64,000 nucleotides of DNA from a virus: IMG/VR virus record IMGVR_UViG_3300032294_002823. One strand, 5' to 3'. Position 1 is the stretch's first letter; each line of letters begins with the position of its first letter. A model generated the notes under the pieces. It saw only the letters and a list, made by a program, of their open reading frames with translations, was not told where the DNA came from and ran no database searches. The position numbers and the translations under genes were made by a program. This document shows positions 57,423 through 64,000 of the stretch, in pieces.

Positions 57423-58106
57423 ATGTATCTGGCTAGTAAGCTACACAAAGAAATAAATACTCATTTTTCACCCGATGAGATTATTGGTAGTGAGCTGACG
57501 TATGCGCAGATAAGTAGAAGAATGAATAAAATTCTTCGCCCTCTGGGTGCCAAAGGAAAAGTGGTTCGAGATGACAATTTAAAGAGTAAGTCTAACTCCC
57601 GTCAATACTATTCCTTTTCGGGATACTATGACACAGAGGCGACAGGTATTCCCATTGTGATTAATGTTCACTTTGCGTCGAATAGAAAAACCTTTTCGTT
57701 TACTCGGGCGCGGTACAATGGATTCATGTTCATGTTGTCACAGATTATTCAACATGAATTCATCCATAAGAGTCAATATGAGTTTCGTCCAGAACACTCG
57801 GAACGTTTAGTGAAGGTGTATCACTCAGATAAGTTGTCGAAAAAGCGGTTAAAGCAAATAGAATATTTAAGTTCATGGTGTGAGATTGAGGCGTATGCCC
57901 ATGACATCGCTATGGAAATTAATCAATATTATCCAACGTCGAATCCGTCAACCATTTTGAAGCATATTGATGGACATAGAAAATTGTATAGTTACAAGTT
58001 CTATAAAGATGCCTTCAAGGGAACAGACTGGGATAGACTGAAAAAATCATTAATGCGGAAAATCTGGCGTTGGCTCCCCTCAGCACAGGGGTTTCAAGCC
58101 GTGTAA
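57423..58106 (+). CDS. Putative zincin-like metalloprotein
   Basis: QHEFIH..Q plus downstream YL...EIEAYA. Confidence 0.55.
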   Translation: MYLASKLHKEINTHFSPDEIIGSELTYAQISRRMNKILRPLGAKGKVVRDDNLKSKSNSRQYYSFSGYYDTEATGIPIVINVHFASNRKTFSFTRARYNGFMFMLSQIIQHEFIHKSQYEFRPEHSERLVKVYHSDKLSKKRLKQIEYLSSWCEIEAYAHDIAMEINQYYPTSNPSTILKHIDGHRKLYSYKFYKDAFKGTDWDRLKKSLMRKIWRWLPSAQGFQAV

Positions 58107-58166
58107 GTTGTTGTAAAATAAGCACTTAGCGGAGGGCTTGACAAATCCCCCAAATGGTGTTATATT
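58103..58166 (+). promoter_or_regulatory. Early promoter with the third copy of the operator
   Basis: gtaagttgttgtaaaataagcactta, then GGGC-TTGACA-N17-TATATT; shares aaatggtgttatattta with the 44635 promoter. Confidence 0.85.
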
Positions 58167-58206
58167 TAAAGAGTAAGACATTCAAAACTAAACCGAGGGT
58201 TCGACA

Positions 58207-58383
58207 ATGACGCAAAATGTGCAGGACCCTGAGGATGAGGCGGTTACAGTAACCGGACGATTCTGGGCAGAAGTGGATTTAGATGAGCAAGAATATCTAG
58301 ACCGGCTGGCCAGTTTCGGAGAAGGATACTATGACTTTTCCACATTTTCAGGAGAAGGAAGTGGTGAAATGAGTTTAGCATAG
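58207..58383 (+). CDS. Small acidic early protein (58 aa, absent from the ORF track)
   Basis: Manual translation MTQNVQDPEDEAVTVTGRFWAEVDLDEQEYLDRL...EMSLA*; SD gaggg; first gene after the promoter. Confidence 0.6.
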   Translation: MTQNVQDPEDEAVTVTGRFWAEVDLDEQEYLDRLASFGEGYYDFSTFSGEGSGEMSLA

Positions 58384-58385
58384 GC

Positions 58386-58414
58386 TTGACAAACGGTACT
58401 ACTTGTAGTATATT
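58386..58414 (+). promoter_or_regulatory. sigma70-type promoter
   Basis: GGC-TTGACA-N17-TATATT. Confidence 0.75.
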
Positions 58415-58457
58415 TAAGTTGTAGGTGAAAACTCTAACTTTCTCAGGAGGCTACATT

Positions 58458-58781
58458 ATGCGTAATTCAGACAAGGTCAACTTCGTTGGTTTCTCTACTG
58501 GTGGCAAGGGCTGCAACGGCACGAAGGTTCGCTTCGCGGTCGAGAAGGTTCGTCGCAGCAAGGTGCTTCAGAAGATTGGCGCAACTAACATCATTTGGCA
58601 TGCTCTTCCCGAGGCGATGACGAAGGCGGATGCTGTCAACTATCTTCAGAATCAGACCACTTCGCTCAGCCTCGACCAGGTACAGCAGGAGGCGGTGGCA
58701 CGTGCCACCAATCGTCTGATCCCTAAGACCAAGACGGCGCCTGCGCCTAAGGCGGCTTCGAAGGCGAAGCGTAGCAAGTAA
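58458..58781 (+). CDS. Basic hypothetical early protein
   Basis: SD aggagg; KVRFA...LPEAMTKADAV; Lys/Ala-rich tail. Confidence 0.7.
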   Translation: MRNSDKVNFVGFSTGGKGCNGTKVRFAVEKVRRSKVLQKIGATNIIWHALPEAMTKADAVNYLQNQTTSLSLDQVQQEAVARATNRLIPKTKTAPAPKAASKAKRSK

Positions 58782-58833
58782 AGTATAAAAAGGTTTACGG
58801 TTATCCTAATTGAAAACCGTATTTCATTATATG

Positions 58834-58880
58834 ATTGTTAGATGCACCGCCACAATCTAACAATTCTTGACTTGTGTGGC
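58834..58880 (+). promoter_or_regulatory. H-type pseudoknot in the 5' UTR of the HTH gene
   Basis: Stem 1 attgttagat/atctaacaat; loop gccaca pairs with tgtggc just before SD aggag. Confidence 0.6.
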
Positions 58881-58895
58881 AATAGGAGATTTACC

Positions 58896-59138
58896 ATGAC
58901 TCAGAATGAACGTCTTATCCAGTATCTTTCAACCGGTCGTACCCTCACCGCAGCTCAGGCTCGTAGCCGTTTCGGCGTCCGTAACCTTCGTGCTCGCGTG
59001 AACGACCTTCGTAACGATGGCTTCTGCGTGTACACCAATCGCAACAGCAACGGTGTCACCTATCGCATGGGAACCCCATCCCGCGCCATCGTCGCCGCAG
59101 CCTATAACAAGGCTGGCAGCGCTCTCTTTTCCCGCTAA
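58896..59138 (+). CDS. Winged helix-turn-helix protein
   Basis: MTQNERLIQYL..GRTLTAAQARSRFGVRNLRARVNDLR..G. Confidence 0.8.
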   Translation: MTQNERLIQYLSTGRTLTAAQARSRFGVRNLRARVNDLRNDGFCVYTNRNSNGVTYRMGTPSRAIVAAAYNKAGSALFSR

Positions 59139-59151
59139 GGAAAAGTAGAAC

Positions 59152-59484
59152 ATGGACACGGTGAAGAGCATTATGGGTAATTGGTATCACATTCCTACGG
59201 CAATGGCCTTTACATACATGATGCTCTCACCGGCCAAGTTCTTTAAACAGGTGGACACTGTGGTTCTGCAAGAACCCGATAAAGATGATGTTATTGACTG
59301 CCCCTCAGAAATTATTTGTCAAGGAGATTCTATGGAAGACATTCTGCGCGACGAACGGGTATTGAACAACATCAACATGATGATTTCTAACGCTACAAAT
59401 CCTGATGTAAAACAACTTTGGGAAGTGAAGAAGGCGGAGTTTGAACGGGCACTACGTTGGAAGCGTCAGACCCGATATAACTAA
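59152..59484 (+). CDS. Hypothetical protein
   Basis: ORF with SD aagga. Confidence 0.6.
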   Translation: MDTVKSIMGNWYHIPTAMAFTYMMLSPAKFFKQVDTVVLQEPDKDDVIDCPSEIICQGDSMEDILRDERVLNNINMMISNATNPDVKQLWEVKKAEFERALRWKRQTRYN

Positions 59485-59488
59485 AAAT

Positions 59489-59776
59489 ATGATTAAGAAA
59501 AATCTAGACTTCGTGAAGTCTGTCGGCGAAAGTATGGCGAATGAATATTCCATTAATTGGGAAAGTTGGACAGAAGAAGAAACGAAGCGAATTGAAAAAG
59601 AAGCAAACATTTCCATGAAGTTTTATGAAAAGCTGTTCAGAGAATTCAATATAGATAACGAAGAACATACCGTTGAAATGTTTGAAGATATACTTGAAAA
59701 TCTTGTATCAGGATATGTTTTACTATCCATTATCAATAGAAAAAAGGCGGTAGATGAGCTATTGTCTAGTGTGTGA
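59489..59776 (+). CDS. Hypothetical protein
   Basis: ORF tightly packed after 59484; start uncertain. Confidence 0.55.
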   Translation: MIKKNLDFVKSVGESMANEYSINWESWTEEETKRIEKEANISMKFYEKLFREFNIDNEEHTVEMFEDILENLVSGYVLLSIINRKKAVDELLSSV

Positions 59777-59777
59777 G

Positions 59778-59785
59778 TATAAATA
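59778..59785 (+). promoter_or_regulatory. T4-type late promoter inside a hairpin arm
   Basis: TATAAATA within tgagtataaa...tttatactca. Confidence 0.75.
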
Positions 59786-59819
59786 GTAGTGTCTTTATAC
59801 TCAGAGATGGTTGAAACTT

Positions 59820-61604
59820 ATGGTTAGTAAACAAAATAAGCATTTAGAACACCTCGAAGATGATATCATCAACTTAGGTTATAAAGGCGCCCAACAATCC
59901 ATAGCGTTTGTTGAGGCGCTTTTGCAGCTGTTTCAGGGAGCTGCCAATACAGGGGTTAACGTCACAGTGAAATGGGACGGAGCCCCTGCTGTTGTTGCGG
60001 GACGAGACCCAGAAACAGGCTTATTTTTCGTTGCTACAAAACACGGTGCCTTTGCCAAAACACCCAAACTCTGCTTCTCAGAAACCATGGTGGACATGTA
60101 TCATGAAGGGGGTTTGGCAGACACGTTGAAAACATGTTTCCGAGAACTACAACCCTTGAATATGAAAGATGTTCTACAAGGGGATGTCATGTTTACGCCC
60201 GCCACAAAAAAGATGCAGGTCATTGATGGTGAAGAATACATCACATTCAAGCCTAACACCATTGTGTATGCTATACCCACCCAGGATCCTTTGTCTGAAA
60301 AGATACGAAATAGCAATCTTGGAATTGTCTTTCATACTAAATATTTAGGTACGGGACCGGTAAATACTTTATCTGCCTCGTTTGGTGTTGACACAAGCCG
60401 GCTAAAATCTAGAACCGCCTGGATTGAGGATGCGACATACAAGGACTTGTCCGGAAAAATGACGCTGACGGCACAGGAAACTCGTACGGTTAGTACAAAA
60501 TTAGCCTCCGCCAAAACCAACGCCATATCAGTACGAAAATTTCTTGACGAACTCTCAACACAAAACACTGACCTCACGGTTGGTTACATGTTTAAGATAT
60601 TCGTTAATCGTTTGGTTCGCGCCAACACCCCTATAACACGGAAAAGTCTTTCTGGGTTAGAACCTTTTGTTATCAGTAGAATTACTGAAAAAGAAGCAGG
60701 GGTGAAAACAAGTGCAGCAAAAATGCGTTATGCGGGATTACGTAAAGAGATTCAGGAATATTTACGGGTGAATAGTTCAAATCTTCGAACTATGTTTTCA
60801 TTATACGAAGATTTATTGATGATGAAAAATATTCTTGTTAAGAAGTTGAATGGAGCACAAGGCATTCCTACGTTTATTGAAACAGAGAAAGGATTTAAGG
60901 TGACAGATCCTGAAGGATATGTTGCCATTGATAAAAAAGGAAATGCTGTAAAGTTAGTGAATAGAATGGAGTTTTCAGCAGCAAATTTCAATGCAGTAAA
61001 AGATTGGACAGGACCTGCTCCTGTTGCTCCTGAATTGAATACGCCATTGAAAACTATGGTGTTTGCTTTTGGAAGAATGAATCCTCCAACTATAGGTCAT
61101 GAAAAACTTATAAAGAAAGTGTTGGAGACGGCACGAACAGAAAAAGGTGAGTATGTCATCGTGCTTTCAAAAACTCAGAAATCACCTAAGGATCCATTGG
61201 ACCCAGAAACAAAATTGAAGTTTGCGAAAAAGATGTTTCCTCGTGTCAATCTTGAATTGGCAACTCAACAAATGCCCACAATGTTTGGGTGGTTGAAAAA
61301 GTTTTACGAAGAACAATATGATAAAGTCATCATGATAGGTGGGTCTGATAGAGTGCGGGAATATCAAGAACTCCTTAATAAGTATAATGGAAAAGCTGAC
61401 CAATATACCTTTAAAGTTCTTGAAGTAATATCCGCCGGCGAACGTGACCCTGATGCTGATGGAGCATCAGGTATGTCGGCAAGTAAAATGCGTGAGTATG
61501 CTAAAAATGATGACTTTAAAAATTTCAAGCGAGGGCTTCCATCAACGTTACGTGAAGCCGAAGCAAAACAACTCATGGACGCCGTACAGGCAGGTATGGA
61601 ATAA
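59820..61604 (+). CDS. Fusion of a ligase-like nucleotidyltransferase domain (DUF6267-like) and a HIGH-family cytidylyltransferase-like domain
   Basis: TVKWDG, LQGDVMF, PEGYVA and AVKLV, followed by FGRMNPPTIGH, GSDR and MSASKMR. Confidence 0.75.
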   Translation: MVSKQNKHLEHLEDDIINLGYKGAQQSIAFVEALLQLFQGAANTGVNVTVKWDGAPAVVAGRDPETGLFFVATKHGAFAKTPKLCFSETMVDMYHEGGLADTLKTCFRELQPLNMKDVLQGDVMFTPATKKMQVIDGEEYITFKPNTIVYAIPTQDPLSEKIRNSNLGIVFHTKYLGTGPVNTLSASFGVDTSRLKSRTAWIEDATYKDLSGKMTLTAQETRTVSTKLASAKTNAISVRKFLDELSTQNTDLTVGYMFKIFVNRLVRANTPITRKSLSGLEPFVISRITEKEAGVKTSAAKMRYAGLRKEIQEYLRVNSSNLRTMFSLYEDLLMMKNILVKKLNGAQGIPTFIETEKGFKVTDPEGYVAIDKKGNAVKLVNRMEFSAANFNAVKDWTGPAPVAPELNTPLKTMVFAFGRMNPPTIGHEKLIKKVLETARTEKGEYVIVLSKTQKSPKDPLDPETKLKFAKKMFPRVNLELATQQMPTMFGWLKKFYEEQYDKVIMIGGSDRVREYQELLNKYNGKADQYTFKVLEVISAGERDPDADGASGMSASKMREYAKNDDFKNFKRGLPSTLREAEAKQLMDAVQAGME

Positions 61605-62998
61605 TGGCACAATATATTAAGCCGCAAGATGTACAAGATGGAGAACAACGCTATGAAGTTGTCATGCTTGCAGCAGGCAAGGATGGTAGTGTGGTCGAAG
61701 CCACGAATCCCTTACCTGTTACAGGCGGTTATGGCAATAACAATTCATTACTAGTATCTCTGGGCGGCACAAACCTCGATGCGTTTGGTCGCCTTCGTAT
61801 CTCTGAACCACATACACTTGCTGATTATAGTCATACCTACGGAGAAGAAGTTGAACTCTTAACCGCATCAAGTGGATCAGGAACAAAAACTCTCCGAGCC
61901 AATGAAGCATCAGTTCGTTTAACTGTGGGCACAGGCGATGGTGATTTCGTAGTGCATCAAAGTAGAATGCATCATCACTACATGCCAGGAAAAAGTCAAT
62001 TGGCATTGATGAGTTTCATGTTCGGTAACGCCCGAGCCAATACAGTAAAGCGTGTGGGATTATTCGGAGAAGAAGATGGCGTATATTTTCAACAAGCTGG
62101 TAATGGCACTTTACAATTTGTGAAGCGCACAAGTATTAGCGGATCTGTGGTTGATGAAACACCCATCAATCAAGCAAACTGGAACGTAGATAAGTGTGAC
62201 GGAACAGGCGCATCAGGATTTGATTTAGAAATCACTGCTACTCAACTGTTTTTCTGTGATTATCAATGGCTAGGTGTGGGACGTTTGCGTGTAGGATTTG
62301 TGCATAACGGCGAGTTCATTGTGGCTCATGAATTCACACATAGTAATACCTTATCTACTGTATATTGGAGAAATCCTAACCTTCCCATTCGTTGTGAAAT
62401 TCGTAATATCGGTACAGCTGTTGGAACTGCCTTCATGGATCAAGTGTGTTCCACAGTGATGTCAGAAGGGGGATACATTGAATCAGGTGTAAACTTCAGT
62501 AATTATGCGGAAAACATTCTCCTATCAAAAGGATCTCCTGCCGCGGCAAAATGTTTAATGGCTATTCGCTTAACTGACACCTATCAATCTCTACCTAACA
62601 GAAGTGTTGTTCGCTTAACAGATATGAATATATTGTCTGATGGTGCATCCATTGTGTTTGAATTATGGCGCCTCCCCGGAGATGCCAACATCACGGGCGG
62701 TAGTTGGGTGGCGGCTAACAGCTCCTCTGTAGTAGAATACAACATCACGGCAGGCACTAGCTTCAATACTACAGGTGGTGAATTGTTTGCAAGTGGATTT
62801 GTTGCTGCCAACAATCCTTCAGGAAAACAAGCCTCTGGGGGCAATAGTATTGCCGATCCCATCAAGGCAAAACGTGCCTATATCAGTCAAAACATCACAT
62901 CAACAGAAAGTAATGTCTTTGCATTAGTTGCCAGAAACTTAAGCACTACTGCTGATACCAATGCCTTTGCATCAATGCAATGGCGCGAAACTCGTTAA
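61604..62998 (+). CDS. Putative virion structural protein (beta-rich)
   Basis: NPLPV, DAFGRLRIS, YMPGK and DYQWLGVG motifs seen in phage structural proteins; late operon. Confidence 0.55.
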   Translation: MAQYIKPQDVQDGEQRYEVVMLAAGKDGSVVEATNPLPVTGGYGNNNSLLVSLGGTNLDAFGRLRISEPHTLADYSHTYGEEVELLTASSGSGTKTLRANEASVRLTVGTGDGDFVVHQSRMHHHYMPGKSQLALMSFMFGNARANTVKRVGLFGEEDGVYFQQAGNGTLQFVKRTSISGSVVDETPINQANWNVDKCDGTGASGFDLEITATQLFFCDYQWLGVGRLRVGFVHNGEFIVAHEFTHSNTLSTVYWRNPNLPIRCEIRNIGTAVGTAFMDQVCSTVMSEGGYIESGVNFSNYAENILLSKGSPAAAKCLMAIRLTDTYQSLPNRSVVRLTDMNILSDGASIVFELWRLPGDANITGGSWVAANSSSVVEYNITAGTSFNTTGGELFASGFVAANNPSGKQASGGNSIADPIKAKRAYISQNITSTESNVFALVARNLSTTADTNAFASMQWRETR

Positions 62999-63017
62999 CT
63001 CTAACCGGAACAAATAA

Positions 63018-63617
63018 ATGGATATTCAAAAGCTCAAGGGACATGTTCCCGATACTGTAATCGCACAAATTCCAGAAGTCATGGAAAAGTTTCAAATCAA
63101 TACCCCACTTCGTTTATGCCACTTCTTGTCACAATGTGGACATGAATCAGGCAACTTCAAGGCAGTCAATGAAAATTTGAACTATGGCGCCAAGGGATTG
63201 TTGGGATTGTTCAAGAAGTATTTCCCAACCGAAGCCAAGGCATTGGAATACGAACGTAAGCCTGAAAAGATTGCCAATCTTATTTACGGCGGTCGTATGG
63301 GTAATGGTCCAGAAGCCTCAGGTGAAGGATACAAGTATCGTGGTCGTGGCTACATTCAATTGACAGGTAAGGATAACTATGGTGCCTTTGATAAGGTGGT
63401 ACCAGAAAACATTCTTGAAACACCTGATTTGGTTGCCACCAAGTATCCCCTTCTTTCAGCCGCTTGGTTCTGGAACTCACGTGGATTGAATGCCTTGTCA
63501 GACAAGGGTGCTACAGATGCCGATGTCACAGCCATCACAAAGAAAGTAAACGGTGGTACTATTGGCTTGGCAGATAGAATCAAGCACTTCAAAGAATTCT
63601 ACGCTTTGTTGAAGTAA
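63018..63617 (+). CDS. Glycoside hydrolase family 19 endolysin
   Basis: HFLSQCGHES, ENLNY, YRGRGYIQLTG, SAAWFW and INGG-like VNGG. Confidence 0.92.
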   Translation: MDIQKLKGHVPDTVIAQIPEVMEKFQINTPLRLCHFLSQCGHESGNFKAVNENLNYGAKGLLGLFKKYFPTEAKALEYERKPEKIANLIYGGRMGNGPEASGEGYKYRGRGYIQLTGKDNYGAFDKVVPENILETPDLVATKYPLLSAAWFWNSRGLNALSDKGATDADVTAITKKVNGGTIGLADRIKHFKEFYALLK

Positions 63618-63643
63618 TAAATAATTAAAAAGAGGACCTTTCC

Positions 63644-64000
63644 ATGTTGACAAAGAATTTAAAATATATGATTGCAATATCCATATCATTATGGGTCATC
63701 TTTGTCTACATGGATGGTCGTAGTAAAGATAAAATGCAGGAGTATATTGATAACTACAAGATATTCCAAGCACAAGCAGATTCAGCAGTAAAGTTTGCTG
63801 ATAGTTTGAAAACACAAATCATCATTGAAGAAACTGAAGCAAAACTTGCACAAGACAAAGCCAGTGAATATGCCCAAGATGTACTAGAATTACGAAACAC
63901 AACGTCTATATTACAAAGTAGACGAGCTGCTTTATTGAAAGAAACCGAAATGCCGCAGACTGTCACGGATTCTTTATCGCACATGACATCAATCATCTCG
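63644..64000 (+). CDS. Putative inner-membrane spanin (3' end outside window)
   Basis: Manual translation MLTKNLKYMIAISISLWVIFVYMDGR... shows a TM segment then a coiled coil; SD gagga; follows the endolysin; open to the window end. Confidence 0.5.
   Translation, partial: MLTKNLKYMIAISISLWVIFVYMDGRSKDKMQEYIDNYKIFQAQADSAVKFADSLKTQIIIEETEAKLAQDKASEYAQDVLELRNTTSILQSRRAALLKETEMPQTVTDSLSHMTSIIS

Overview
The window is a 64 kb segment of a T4-like myovirus genome, and almost every credible gene is on the + strand. It runs in this order. (1) 1-4306: a putative virion-glycosylation locus with a Thr-rich mucin-like protein carrying Cys-rich modules, a glycosyltransferase with plant-type peptidyl O-GT (HPAT/SERGT-like) motifs, an FkbM methyltransferase, a GT2 and a thioredoxin-like/Cys-cluster protein. 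(2) 4338-12556: a modular fibre cluster with shared N-terminal domains, C-terminal DGGTY tags and an S74-chaperoned fibre. (3) 12614-14893: an operon with two more GT-like genes. (4) 14955-29474: the T4 neck, terminase, tail and head block (gp13-gp23, gp3). (5) uvsY, uvsW, gp55. (6) 32559-37937: a 7-deazaguanine DNA-modification cluster (queE, folE, exonuclease, dpdA-like TGT, DpdL-like T-fold protein, GT-B glycosyltransferase, queD) with no queC in the window. (7) gp47/gp46, def, clpP-like, a CobT/CobS-like VWA-AAA pair and a SpoU methylase. (8) The replisome: gp45, gp44, a free-standing PD-(D/E)XK nuclease, gp62, regA, hsp20, gp43, uvsX, gp41. (9) Small early genes, a ligase-like/HIGH-nucleotidyltransferase fusion, a GH19 endolysin and a partial spanin-like gene. 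Regulatory signals include many TATAAATA late promoters, sigma70-type promoters, a 29-bp quasi-palindromic operator seen in both orientations, a 24-bp long-range RNA helix bracketing hsp20 and a 5'-UTR pseudoknot. All product calls come from motif recognition and synteny by eye; no database search was run. No tRNA, rRNA, CRISPR array or transposase was recognised.
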